This document shows, in pieces, positions 9,255 to 19,278 of a DNA stretch of 58,403 nt. The notes under the pieces are model-generated. The model did not search any database, was not told the origin of the DNA, and saw nothing but the letters and a program-made list of their open reading frames with translations. The translations under genes and the position numbers were made by a program. Position 1 is the first letter of the stretch. The number at the start of each line of letters is the position of its first letter. Source of the DNA: Acidimicrobiia bacterium (lineage in GTDB: Bacteria; Actinomycetota; Acidimicrobiia; Spongiisociales; ZC4RG35); assembly GCA_050329955.1 (NCBI GenBank), contig JBHJOH010000053.1, forward strand, positions 1 to 58,403, in the 5' to 3' direction.

Positions 9255-11588
9255 TTGATCGTCCGAAACCGCACCGACCTTCCCGCCGACCTGTACCCGC
9301 ACGACCCGTGGGTGCTGGCCGAGGAGGCGTTCGCACCCCGCTTCAGCTATCTCACCGAGACGATTTTCGCCCTGTCGAATGGGCGGTTGGGGATCAGGGC
9401 GACGCTCGACGAGGGCGAGCCCGCCCACGCCCACGGAACCTTCATCAACGGGTTCCACGAGACCTGGCAGATCGTGCATCCCGAGAACGCCTATGGCTAC
9501 GCCAAGGTGGGCCAGACCATTGTCAACGTGCCCGACGCCACCGTCGTGGACATCGAGATCGACGGGAAGCGGCTGGCACCGGAGGCATCACACCGGTTCC
9601 GCCGTTGGCTCGACTTCCGCACCGGGATCCTGGAGAGAGTGACCTCGTGGACGACGACCTCGGGCATCGGCGTCGCCGTGTGGAGCAGGCGGCTGGTGTC
9701 CCTGGCCCACCCCGACACCGCCTCGTTCTGGTTCAGAATCGAAGTCGACCGGGATTGCGACCTCCGGATGACCTCCCGTGTGGTGAACCGCCAGGACACA
9801 AACCGACGGGACTTGCCCGAGGATGACCCACGTCTTTCGGCCAGCCTGCCCCACCGCGTGTTCGAGCCTCGGGCTGCCACGGTGGATGGACCGAGGATGG
9901 TGCAGTCGTGGATCACCGCCCGCTCGAGGATGGGGCTGGTGGTGGCCATCGACCACCAACTCGAGGGCGCCGAGGCAACGGTCACCCATCGCCGCGACGT
10001 CAACGACTTCGCATTCGAGTTTGCCACCACCGCCCGGGCGGGTGAGGCGATCACCCTCACCAAGCACGCCGTATACGTCCAGTCCGAGTCCGAGCCCGGC
10101 CCGATGGAACGCGCCCGGGCCGAGGACGACCTCGACGCCGCGCTAGGGCTCGGGTTCGATGGTCTCGCAGCCGCCCAACGGCTCGCCCTGGAGCGGTTCT
10201 GGGCGGAAGCCGACATCGAAGTGGAGGCCGGCGCCGAAGTGCAACGCGCCATCCGATGGACTCTGTTCCAGCTCCTTCAGGCGTCGGCCAACCTCGACGG
10301 ACTGTCCATCCCCGCCAAGGGTCTCACCGGGCAGGCGTACGACGGCCACTACTTCTGGGACACCGAGATCTACGTGCTCCCCTTCCTCGCCTACACCCGA
10401 CCGAAGCTGGCGGCGGAGATCCTGAGGTTCCGGTACGGGCTCCTTCCGGCTGCTCGCCACCGAGCCTCCGAGATGGCACTCCATGGCGCCCTCTTCCCCT
10501 GGAGGACCATCACCGGTGACGAGGCCTCCGCCTACTTCCTGGCGGGGACGGCGCAATACCACATCAACGCTGACATCGTCTATGCCCTTCGCAAGTACGT
10601 CGAGGTGACCGGCGACACCGACCTGCTGTGGGACATCGGGGTCGAACTGGCGGTCGAAACCGCCCGAATGTGGTTCGATCTCGGCTTTTACCGCAGTGGC
10701 CGCTTCCACATCCACGGGGTCACGGGACCCGACGAGTACACCGCCCTCGTCGACGACAACGCCTACACCAACGCCATGGCACGTATGAATCTTCGGTTTG
10801 CGGCCCAGGCGGTCGACCGGATGCGCCAGGAGGTGCCCGAACGCCGCGCACGCCTCGCTTCGCTGCTCGGACTGACCGAAGACGAGGTGGTGGCGTGGAG
10901 ACTGGCGGGCGACGCCATGTTCATCCCGCACGACATGGATCTCGGGATCACTCCCCAGGACGTGAACTTCCTCACCAAGGAACCCTGGGACTTCGAGGGC
11001 ACGCCGGCGTCGCAGTACCCCCTGCTGCTCCACTTTCATCCCCTCGTGATCTACCGGTTCCAGGTTCTCAAGCAGGCGGACGTTGTCCTGGCCGATTTCC
11101 TGTTGGGCGACGAATTCTCGCCTGAACTGAAACGGTCGAACTTCGAGTACTACGACCCGATCACCACCGGCGACTCGTCCCTGTCGGCATGCGTCCAGTC
11201 GATCATGGCGGCCGAGATCGGCTTCGACGAGGCCGCCTCCGCCCACTTCCAGCATGCGCTGTTCATGGACCTGGCCGATCTGGCGGGCAACACCACCGAC
11301 GGCGTGCACATGGCATCCGCAGGCGGCGTGTGGATGGCGCTCGTATTCGGGTTCGCCGGAGTCCGCGACCACGGTGGCGCGATCAGCATCGACCCGCGGT
11401 TACCCGCCACCTGGGGACGGCTGCGGTTCCGACTGGCGGTCCAGGGTCGCCGCCTCACCGTCGACGTCACCACGACGAGCACGCGGGTCGAGGTGGTGGG
11501 AGAACCGCTCAGGGTCAGGGTCAACGGCACTGCGGTGGTGGTCGACCAGGACACCGCGGTCGAGATCGACAACCCCAGAAGCGGGTGA
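9255..11588 (+). CDS. Glycoside hydrolase family 65 (maltose/trehalose/kojibiose phosphorylase-like)
   Basis: ETIFALSNG, KGLTGQAYDGHYFWDTE, GALFPWRTI, VTGPDEY, KQADVV, DSSLS motifs. TTG start uncertain. Confidence 0.92.
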   Translation: MIVRNRTDLPADLYPHDPWVLAEEAFAPRFSYLTETIFALSNGRLGIRATLDEGEPAHAHGTFINGFHETWQIVHPENAYGYAKVGQTIVNVPDATVVDIEIDGKRLAPEASHRFRRWLDFRTGILERVTSWTTTSGIGVAVWSRRLVSLAHPDTASFWFRIEVDRDCDLRMTSRVVNRQDTNRRDLPEDDPRLSASLPHRVFEPRAATVDGPRMVQSWITARSRMGLVVAIDHQLEGAEATVTHRRDVNDFAFEFATTARAGEAITLTKHAVYVQSESEPGPMERARAEDDLDAALGLGFDGLAAAQRLALERFWAEADIEVEAGAEVQRAIRWTLFQLLQASANLDGLSIPAKGLTGQAYDGHYFWDTEIYVLPFLAYTRPKLAAEILRFRYGLLPAARHRASEMALHGALFPWRTITGDEASAYFLAGTAQYHINADIVYALRKYVEVTGDTDLLWDIGVELAVETARMWFDLGFYRSGRFHIHGVTGPDEYTALVDDNAYTNAMARMNLRFAAQAVDRMRQEVPERRARLASLLGLTEDEVVAWRLAGDAMFIPHDMDLGITPQDVNFLTKEPWDFEGTPASQYPLLLHFHPLVIYRFQVLKQADVVLADFLLGDEFSPELKRSNFEYYDPITTGDSSLSACVQSIMAAEIGFDEAASAHFQHALFMDLADLAGNTTDGVHMASAGGVWMALVFGFAGVRDHGGAISIDPRLPATWGRLRFRLAVQGRRLTVDVTTTSTRVEVVGEPLRVRVNGTAVVVDQDTAVEIDNPRSG

Positions 11589-11596
11589 CGGGAACG

Positions 11597-13810
11597 TCAG
11601 GGTGTCGAGGTCTCCGGTTGCAGCGCCGAATCACCCGAGGACACCGTCAGACGGATCAGTTGACGCTGATCGTCGTACTCCAGAGCGTAGGTCACGCCGT
11701 TGCGGGAGGTGGAGCCGCCGAGACCTTCGACCACCGGGTTGCCCACGTCGAGCCCCATGTCGAGGAGAATCGAACTCAGCTCGGGCCCGGTGGCTTCCGG
11801 CTCGGCGACGTTGATCGCCACCCCGAACGCCTGGATCCCGAGTTGGTCGTCCTGTGGATCGCCCAACGGGTCGACGACCACTGTGTACGAGTCGATGAGG
11901 CCGCCGTCGCCCACCATGCCTTCCAATCCCAGGTAGCGGGTGAACCCGAGGCCGAACGCCCCAACGGCCGGAGCGTCTTCGATGACCAGACTGTCGGTCA
12001 CGCGTGAACCTGTGTCATTCCAGCGATCGACGAACCCGGCCGAGTCGAGTTCGAAGACGGGACGCGAGTCCACCACCTCGATGCCGCCCGTGGTTGTCTC
12101 GTCCTCGGGCACTGTGGTGGATGGCGCCACGGTGCCGCCGGCCGGGATGGTGGTTGCAGGTACCTCCACCTCGGCTTCGGCCTGCACCCGGTCGACCAGG
12201 AAACCGATCACGGTCGGGGTGATGAGGACGAACCCGGCCACGATCGAGAAGATGACCAATCCGATGGTGATCCTCTTGACGAGTGCCGGGGTGAACCGGA
12301 CCACTTTCGACCCCGACCGGAGCTGTTCCTGGGAGGCCAGGATCTGATCGGCGACAGAAACGGAGTCGTCGTCTTCGTCGAGCTCCGGCTGATCCCGAAT
12401 GGCCCCAGCCACAGCCGAGAACCGCTCCCCGGCCGACTTCGAGAAGATCCCACCCATCCCACGCCGTGCAGGGATGCGCTCCACGACGTCTTCCATCTCG
12501 ACCTGGTCGCCCGGCGTGGAGTAGCCGGCGCTGGCGGCGGCGCCTTCCAGGTCGAACTCGGACCCGCGCCTGATGCCGCGCTCCGGGTAGGCACCGTCGC
12601 CGCCGAAGTCGGGGCTGCGCGGGGCAGGCCGGTCCTGCCAGCCGCCCGGCGAGCCGCCTGTTCCGAAACCGCCGTTGCGACCATTGGGCGCGGGATGCGC
12701 CCGGCCCCCACCGGGCATGTCCTCATTGTCGGGCACGTCGTCGCTCTCGTGATCGACCACGGTGTCGTCGGGGTCGACGTCCTGATCGAGCAAAGCCTCC
12801 ACCGCTTCCGGTACCTGCTCGGTTCCTTCGAGCAGATGGGAGGCCCGCCATGAGTCCGTGAGATCCACGTCCTCAGGCTCATCGGCCTGGTACTCATGGT
12901 CAGATGAGCCGAACCCGGTCGCAGCGACGTCCTCATCGTCCTCGACCGCTCCCGGTCGCCACCGGGCGCCCAACTCCGAGCGGGCCGGCAGTGGAGTTTC
13001 GATCTCGATCGGGTCCACGTCGGCCACGCCGGCCACGCCGGCCTCGGCGACGTGAGACGGCGTCCACACGGGTACATCCTGATCCTCACCGACCCAGCCG
13101 GAGACATCGAACGACGGGGCGACAGCGGGGTGGTCGGACTCCGCCTCGGGAGGTGCAGTCGGCGCTCCGGACCACAGGTCGAAGCCGGCGTCGCCCGCGA
13201 CTGCAGGAGGCGCGGTGATCGGGTCGGTCACCGGCACCGGGTCGGGTTCACTCGCCAGGACTTCGTCGATTTCGGGCTGCGAGGGATCGGGCTGGGAGGG
13301 AGAGGGTGCGGAGGTGGGGTCGACCGCCGGCTCCGGTGCGGCGTAGAGGTCGGCGTAAACGGCGGTAACCACCTCGTCGTCCGTTTCTTCATCGATCTCG
13401 TAGTCGGGGTAGGCAGTGGCGAACAGGGCTTCGAGTGTGACGGCGATCTCGGCCGCCGACTCCTCGGCCAGTCCCGGCACCTGATAGGAGGCGTTGCCAC
13501 CCAAAACCTGATCGAGGGCGGCCTCGAGGTCGTAGCCGGCGGCCGGCGGAGGCGCCTCAACCGGGGTCATGCGAGCCACTACGGCCGAGAAGGCGTCGGG
13601 GTGGTCAGGGGAGAATGCAACACGCTCTCCATCGAGGGTGAGCTCGTATGCGCCGCTTGGGAGGGCAGTGACCAGGCAGGCGTCGAGTGGCCAGGCGCCG
13701 ATCTCGGACACACCGGTGGTCAGACGCAGACGACCGCCCGCGATCTCGAGGTCGACATCGACCTCATCGCCCTCAACAAGGGCAAGTTTGCCCGGAAACG
13801 TCCCAATCAT
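11597..13810 (-). CDS. Hypothetical single-pass membrane protein: small N-terminal beta domain, long acidic linker, TM, extracellular domain (paralog A)
   Basis: 737-aa ORF with normal codon usage. TM ITIGLVIFSIVAGFVLITPTVIGFLV. Both terminal domains resemble those of 14222..15187. Confidence 0.8.
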   Translation of the reverse strand: MIGTFPGKLALVEGDEVDVDLEIAGGRLRLTTGVSEIGAWPLDACLVTALPSGAYELTLDGERVAFSPDHPDAFSAVVARMTPVEAPPPAAGYDLEAALDQVLGGNASYQVPGLAEESAAEIAVTLEALFATAYPDYEIDEETDDEVVTAVYADLYAAPEPAVDPTSAPSPSQPDPSQPEIDEVLASEPDPVPVTDPITAPPAVAGDAGFDLWSGAPTAPPEAESDHPAVAPSFDVSGWVGEDQDVPVWTPSHVAEAGVAGVADVDPIEIETPLPARSELGARWRPGAVEDDEDVAATGFGSSDHEYQADEPEDVDLTDSWRASHLLEGTEQVPEAVEALLDQDVDPDDTVVDHESDDVPDNEDMPGGGRAHPAPNGRNGGFGTGGSPGGWQDRPAPRSPDFGGDGAYPERGIRRGSEFDLEGAAASAGYSTPGDQVEMEDVVERIPARRGMGGIFSKSAGERFSAVAGAIRDQPELDEDDDSVSVADQILASQEQLRSGSKVVRFTPALVKRITIGLVIFSIVAGFVLITPTVIGFLVDRVQAEAEVEVPATTIPAGGTVAPSTTVPEDETTTGGIEVVDSRPVFELDSAGFVDRWNDTGSRVTDSLVIEDAPAVGAFGLGFTRYLGLEGMVGDGGLIDSYTVVVDPLGDPQDDQLGIQAFGVAINVAEPEATGPELSSILLDMGLDVGNPVVEGLGGSTSRNGVTYALEYDDQRQLIRLTVSSGDSALQPETSTP

Positions 13811-13847
13811 GCGTTACCTTCGACGTGCACATCCGACTTCACAAACA

Positions 13848-13875
13848 CCATCGGCGGCAGAGCGCTGGGCCTTGA
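13848..13875 (-). promoter_or_regulatory. Putative sigma28-type promoter
   Basis: TCAA-N16-GCCGATGG, 37 nt upstream of the ATG at 13810. Confidence 0.45.
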
Positions 13876-14221
13876 CCTCGAGGTCGAATTCCCACCGTTG
13901 GCGCTCGAACCGGCTTCCCCCTGGTGCGTCGAGACATCTCACCACATCCACGGTGCAAGCACCATACGCCGATCGACCCATTTGAACCTTCCCGTCGACG
14001 GTGACCCGTCGCCACTCCGCGGCCGACCGCCACGGCCAGGGCCGTGACAGCGGAGCCGTTCCCCAACCCATGGACCGGAGGGACACCAACTCCGAAGATG
14101 CCGGTCGGCGCCGCCAATCCACTCCCTTCGTGGAACTGCTCTTGGCGCAACCCTAGCGAAGGCTCTGCGATAGGAGTCTGGGATCGGGATGCGCAGGCCC
14201 TGGAGCCACGAACACCGGGCA

Positions 14222-15187
14222 TCAGCCGCCGTTCGGATCCTCCGACAGGCTGAAGAGCAGCAGTTGCTCGGGTCTGTCGACGTACCGGAGTTCGAACAAC
14301 ATGCCGTCGCCCGCCACTTCCCGCCGGGCGCTGCTGAGGCCCAGTTTGTCCGGGTAGGCCTCGAACCCGAGCCTGCGAAGCAGCTCCACCCCATCGTCGG
14401 TGCTCATGTTCGGTTGCGCCACCGCCAATGCCACCCGTATCGCCTCCACTGCCAACACGCCCTGGTCGGCGTTCCCGGTGACCGTGATGGCGATCTTGAT
14501 GTTCTCGACGGTGCCGTCGGCATCGGTGTTGCCGTCGAAGAGAATCTGATCGGTCACCTGTTCACGGAACTGCTCCGCACTGAACGGAGTCGAGATGGCG
14601 AGTCCGGGAGCCATACGGGCCGAGACGGCGTTCCATCGTTGGCGATAGACTTCGGGAGTCAACGTGAAGACTTCGGGGCCGGTGACGGTCATCGCCGCCA
14701 CCGTTGTCGGCACCGATACCGCCGCCACGGTGGGAGCTGGTCCGAGTTCGCTTCGACCCGCTAACGCGATCAGAGCAGCGGCCGCCACAACGAGAGCTGC
14801 GATGGTGAGGGGAGCTCGGGGCCCGGCCGCGGCGACGGGTGGATCGGTAGGTGCCAGCTGGCGAGGCTCGACAACCACCACCTGCGGTTCGAGCGGCATG
14901 CTGCGGATGACGTTGATGCGATCAGCGAGCGACGAAGCCGAGAACCGCTCGGCGGCGGCCTTGGCAAACCGGAACGCGTCGACGGGAAGGAACGTCGTGG
15001 GTTCACCGTCGATGGTGATGACGAACTCAGATTCATTGAGCCTGGACACGCGGCAGTATTTCAACGGCCATGTCCCGACGGTCATCCCCTCCGCCGCCAC
15101 ACTCAACGTGTCCTCGGACAAATTGAGTACGGCACCCACGATCGTTCCGTCCTGGAGCGTCAATTTGCCCATGAACGAATCGATCAC
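14222..15187 (-). CDS. Hypothetical single-pass membrane protein (paralog B)
   Basis: GTG start at 15187 (MIDSFMGKLTL) chosen by alignment to paralog A. TM LTIAALVVAAAALIALA. Confidence 0.8.
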   Translation of the reverse strand: MIDSFMGKLTLQDGTIVGAVLNLSEDTLSVAAEGMTVGTWPLKYCRVSRLNESEFVITIDGEPTTFLPVDAFRFAKAAAERFSASSLADRINVIRSMPLEPQVVVVEPRQLAPTDPPVAAAGPRAPLTIAALVVAAAALIALAGRSELGPAPTVAAVSVPTTVAAMTVTGPEVFTLTPEVYRQRWNAVSARMAPGLAISTPFSAEQFREQVTDQILFDGNTDADGTVENIKIAITVTGNADQGVLAVEAIRVALAVAQPNMSTDDGVELLRRLGFEAYPDKLGLSSARREVAGDGMLFELRYVDRPEQLLLFSLSEDPNGG

Positions 15188-15264
15188 ACGGAAACCGTAC
15201 TGGCTCGTGCCCCTCAACGCCAGGTTTCTTCGCGAACCGCGCCGATCCCGATACCCTCGCCACC

Positions 15265-17673
15265 GTGCATCTACCCGTCGAGGCGTCGATCCCAGAGCTG
15301 TGCCAGGCCCTCCGGTCATCCGGGTCTGCTGTCCTGTCGGCTCCTCCCGGCTCCGGGAAGACGACCGTCGTCCCTCTCCGGCTGCTCGAGAACGGCATAC
15401 CCGCAACGGGAACCATCATGATGCTCGAACCGCGGCGGCTCGCCACCCGGGCGGCCGCCCGTCGGATGGCGTCGCTCCTTGGAGAAGAGGTAGGGCAAAC
15501 GGTCGGCTACGTCACCCGGGATGACCGTCAGGTGGGGCCGGAGACGCGTATCGAGGTCGTCACCGAAGGCATCCTCACCCGCAGGCTGCAACGCGACCCG
15601 GAGCTTCCCGGTGTGGGTCTGATCATCTTCGACGAGTTCCACGAGCGGAACCTGCAAACCGACCTGGGTCTGGCCTTCACCCTCGAGACCCGGGCCAGCA
15701 TCCGTCCCGACCTGGCTGTGGTGGTCATGTCGGCGACGCTCGACGCCGACCGCGTCGCCGGGATGCTCGATGCCCCGGTGATCTCCTCCGAGGCACGGAG
15801 CCACCCGGTCGAGATGCGTTGGGTGCCCCCGAAGCGATCGGGCCGCACCGAGGACCACGCCACCGCCATCGTGCTCCGTGCGTTGGAGGCCGACGTGGGC
15901 GATCTGCTCGTCTTCCTCCCCGGAATGGGCGAGATAGAACGGGTGGCCCGTGCGCTCACCGAAGCCGGTGCCGCCGCCGAGATCCACCGACTCCACGGTT
16001 CGCTGCCCGCAGCGGACCAGGACGCGGCCATAACCCCCTCGACCCGTCGGAAGGTGGTGCTGTCGACCGACATCGCCGAGTCCAGCCTCACGGTGGCAGG
16101 AGTGTCGGTCGTGATCGACAGCGGCCTGGCACGGGCGCCCCGATTCGATGTTCGCACCGCCATGACGCGCCTCCAGACCGTGTCCATCTCCCGTGCCTCC
16201 GCCGATCAGCGGGCCGGACGGGCGGGAAGAACCGGACCCGGTGTCGCCTACCGGTTGTGGTCGAAGGTGGAGCACGCAACCCGCCGGGCACACATCGCAC
16301 CCGAGATCACCCAGGTGGACCTCGCAGGGGTGGTGCTCGAGCTCCGGGCGTGGGGAGCGCTCGACGCATCGACGCTGTCATTCCTCGACCCGCCCGCTCC
16401 CAAGAGTCTCGAAGAAGCGACCAGGCTCCTCACGGTTCTCGGTGCCATCGAGGAGGGCCGGCCCGGCCTCACCGGCCTCGGGGAGAAGATGGCCCGCCTC
16501 CCCGTCCATCCGCGCCTGGCTCACATGATCACCGCCTCCGGGGCCGATGCGGGGCTGGCCTGCGTTTTGGCCTCCGTTCTCGAGGATCGGGACCCCATGC
16601 GCGGCCGATCCGACGAGCTTCCCGTCGACATCGCACTCCGCGTGTCGTTGGTGACCGGTCGCTCATCACATGGCGCCGCCGATCGCCGAGGCCTCGAACG
16701 CGTGCGACGCACTGCTGCCGACCTCGCCCGCCGCGTGGGAGCACACATCGACGACGCCGATCCCGACCGTTCGGGATCACTGCTGGCGCTGGCCTTCCCC
16801 GACCGGCTGGCGATTCGTCGGGGCACGCCGGGTCGGTTCCAGCTGCGAACCGGCACGACCGCCTGGGTCTCCTCCAGCGACCCGCTCGCACCCGAGTCGT
16901 TCCTGGTCGCCGCCGACCTCGACGGAAAACGCAAGGACTCGCGCATCCGGCTGGCGGCGGCGATCGACACCGCCGACGTTCTCGAACGCTTCTCATCCGA
17001 GATCGAGATCGGCACGACCCTCATCTGGTCGGGGAATCGACTCGTGTCACGTTGGTCCTCGCGCCTGGGAGGAATCGTGCTCGAGGAGACCGAGCAGCGG
17101 GCCGAGCCCGGACCGGACACGGTTCGTGCCGTGCTCGAGCGCGTCTCCGCCAAGCCGACGCTCCTCCAGTGGACCGACCACGCCCTCTCACTCCGCCAGC
17201 GGGTCGAGTTTCTGCGCCGCCACGACGAGCGCTGGCCCGACTTCTCCGATCGGGGACTCGTGGCCTCCCTCGCCGATTGGCTCGGCCCCGAACTCACATT
17301 CGTCACCGGCCTCGACGAACTCGCCGTGATCGACCTGGGTCGGGTCCTCGAGCGTCGTCTCGGCCACGCGGCCAGAGCGGAACTGGAACGAAGGGCACCC
17401 GCCGAGCTCACCCTCGACAAGACCCGGCGACGGCTCCGCATCGACTACTCCGCCGAGGCCCCGGCGGTGGCGGGAAAGGTCCAGGACTTCTTCGGGACCG
17501 CCACCACCCCCACCGTCGACGGGCGACCGGTGGTCGTGACACTGCTCTCGCCGGCCGGGCGTCCCGTGCAGGTGACAACGGATCTGGCGGGCTTCTGGAC
17601 AGGGAGCTGGCAACAGGTTCGCAAGGAGATGGCGGGCCGCTACCCGAAACACCACTGGCCCGAGCGGCCGTGA
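15265..17673 (+). CDS. hrpB: ATP-dependent RNA helicase HrpB
   Basis: APPGSGKTT, EPRRLA, FDEFHER, MSATL, QRAGRAGR and the C-terminal LLSPAGRPVQVTTDLAGFW...EMAGRYPKHHWP. Confidence 0.95.
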   Translation: MHLPVEASIPELCQALRSSGSAVLSAPPGSGKTTVVPLRLLENGIPATGTIMMLEPRRLATRAAARRMASLLGEEVGQTVGYVTRDDRQVGPETRIEVVTEGILTRRLQRDPELPGVGLIIFDEFHERNLQTDLGLAFTLETRASIRPDLAVVVMSATLDADRVAGMLDAPVISSEARSHPVEMRWVPPKRSGRTEDHATAIVLRALEADVGDLLVFLPGMGEIERVARALTEAGAAAEIHRLHGSLPAADQDAAITPSTRRKVVLSTDIAESSLTVAGVSVVIDSGLARAPRFDVRTAMTRLQTVSISRASADQRAGRAGRTGPGVAYRLWSKVEHATRRAHIAPEITQVDLAGVVLELRAWGALDASTLSFLDPPAPKSLEEATRLLTVLGAIEEGRPGLTGLGEKMARLPVHPRLAHMITASGADAGLACVLASVLEDRDPMRGRSDELPVDIALRVSLVTGRSSHGAADRRGLERVRRTAADLARRVGAHIDDADPDRSGSLLALAFPDRLAIRRGTPGRFQLRTGTTAWVSSSDPLAPESFLVAADLDGKRKDSRIRLAAAIDTADVLERFSSEIEIGTTLIWSGNRLVSRWSSRLGGIVLEETEQRAEPGPDTVRAVLERVSAKPTLLQWTDHALSLRQRVEFLRRHDERWPDFSDRGLVASLADWLGPELTFVTGLDELAVIDLGRVLERRLGHAARAELERRAPAELTLDKTRRRLRIDYSAEAPAVAGKVQDFFGTATTPTVDGRPVVVTLLSPAGRPVQVTTDLAGFWTGSWQQVRKEMAGRYPKHHWPERP

Positions 17674-17693
17674 CCAGGGGGCTGTCGCACCCG

Positions 17694-19151
17694 TCAGCAA
17701 CGGACGGCGTCCAGGGTCACCACGAACTCGGTCCGCCCTGCCCGCTCGTACCCGAGCAATCCTCCCATTCGCTCGACGAGCGCCCGCGCCACGGATAGTC
17801 CGATGCCAACTGAGTCCGGGCTGTCCATCCTGGGTTGCCGACCGAACGGTCGGAACACGGCCTCGACGTGGGCCGGGTCGATACCCGCCCCACTGTCGGC
17901 AACGATGATGACCACGCGATCGCCTTCGAGGTGGACGTCGACCTCGAAGGGAGCGGCTCCGTGTCGGACTGCGTTGTTGACCAGGTTCCGCAGCACCTGT
18001 CGAAGCCGGGTCTTGTCGCCCAAAGCGTGGATCGGGTCCGCCGGAAGCGACATCCCGATCGGCCCATTCGTGAGTTGGAACGGCCGGAGCACCGAGGTCA
18101 CCACGTCGAGGACTTCGATCTCCTGGCGCGCAACGATCAGAGTGTCATTGTCGATGCGGGCGACCACCAACAGATCCTCCACCAGCGAGGCCACCTCGCG
18201 CGCCTGCTCGGCGATGATCTGATGGAACTCGGTGATCTGGGCCAGATCGAGGTCGCGTCCGGTGAGAAGCTCCTCGGACAGACCGAGGATGGCGGTGAGC
18301 GGAGTCCGCACCTCGTGCGAGACCATGGTGATGAGCCGGAGATTCTCCTCGGCAGATCGTTGCAGGGCGGCACGTTCGGCGATGAGCTGCGAGACGTCGC
18401 GGTGCAGCACGACACAGCCGCCGCCAGGCAGGCCGCTCACCTCACATGAGTACCAAGTGACACTGTCGCCGTCCGGGCACGGATACTCCATCGACCACTG
18501 TCCACCGTCTGCCAGGATCCGGTGGATCCCTGTCTCGATGGCCCGCACGGCGGGCGACCCCGGATCGCTGGCACACACAGCCAGGTAGTCGATGCCCTTG
18601 CCCACGGCCTTCGGGTCGGCTCCGTTCTCGGTGGCGTAGCGCGCCCACTCCCGGTTCACGGCGATGATCAAGCCGTCGGCGTCGAGTATCACGACCGATG
18701 TCGGAAGGGCGTCGAGCACCAGCGTCGCCAGCTCGCCCTGACGTCGCGCTTCGGCCTCCGCCCGTTGCAGGGGAGTCAGATCGACCGAGATCCCCACCAC
18801 GCCCACCGAAGCACCCGAGCCATCACTCACCAGGCTGTTCGAGACGTGTGCCTGGAACGTGGATCCGTCCTTGCGCGACACCGTGAACTCGCCAGCCCAG
18901 GTTCCTCCGGACCTCACCACATCCATGATCTCGGATGCCTGGGCGTTCTGGTCGGGACTCACCGTCAACTCACCGATGTGGCGGCCCAACGCCTCGTCGG
19001 CGGTCCACCCGTACATCTCGGTGGCATAACGGTTCCACAGGATCACACGGCCGGTGAGATCGGTGACGATGACGGCGTTGCGGACCTGATCGAGCAGCAG
19101 GGCGCGCAGCACTGAAGGATCGATGTTCGCCCCTCCATCGAACGGTGACAC
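17694..19151 (-). CDS. Cytoplasmic PAS-PAS histidine kinase
   Basis: Two PAS domains (WNRYATEMYGW...RKDGSTF; VNREW), SHEVRTPL, NLVNNA, DSGAG, GIGL. AGGAGG RBS. Confidence 0.9.
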   Translation of the reverse strand: MSPFDGGANIDPSVLRALLLDQVRNAVIVTDLTGRVILWNRYATEMYGWTADEALGRHIGELTVSPDQNAQASEIMDVVRSGGTWAGEFTVSRKDGSTFQAHVSNSLVSDGSGASVGVVGISVDLTPLQRAEAEARRQGELATLVLDALPTSVVILDADGLIIAVNREWARYATENGADPKAVGKGIDYLAVCASDPGSPAVRAIETGIHRILADGGQWSMEYPCPDGDSVTWYSCEVSGLPGGGCVVLHRDVSQLIAERAALQRSAEENLRLITMVSHEVRTPLTAILGLSEELLTGRDLDLAQITEFHQIIAEQAREVASLVEDLLVVARIDNDTLIVARQEIEVLDVVTSVLRPFQLTNGPIGMSLPADPIHALGDKTRLRQVLRNLVNNAVRHGAAPFEVDVHLEGDRVVIIVADSGAGIDPAHVEAVFRPFGRQPRMDSPDSVGIGLSVARALVERMGGLLGYERAGRTEFVVTLDAVRC

Positions 19152-19278
19152 TTACGCCTCCTATGCCGTAGGCCGACTCGACGGTCACAGCACGGCGACC
19201 ACCCTGGCCGCGGTGTGCGTGCCCCCTTCGACCGCCTACCTGCGGTCGGCAGCCTACCCTCCCCCACAGGATGCGGAG

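Noticed and set aside
13811-14221. RNase P RNA, tmRNA or cyclic-dinucleotide riboswitch
   Set aside because: None of the diagnostic motifs were found by eye on either strand.
15819-17798. Long Arg/Pro-rich alternative-frame and antisense ORFs (this one and many others in the track)
   Set aside because: Expected shadow ORFs in high-GC DNA overlapping well-supported genes.
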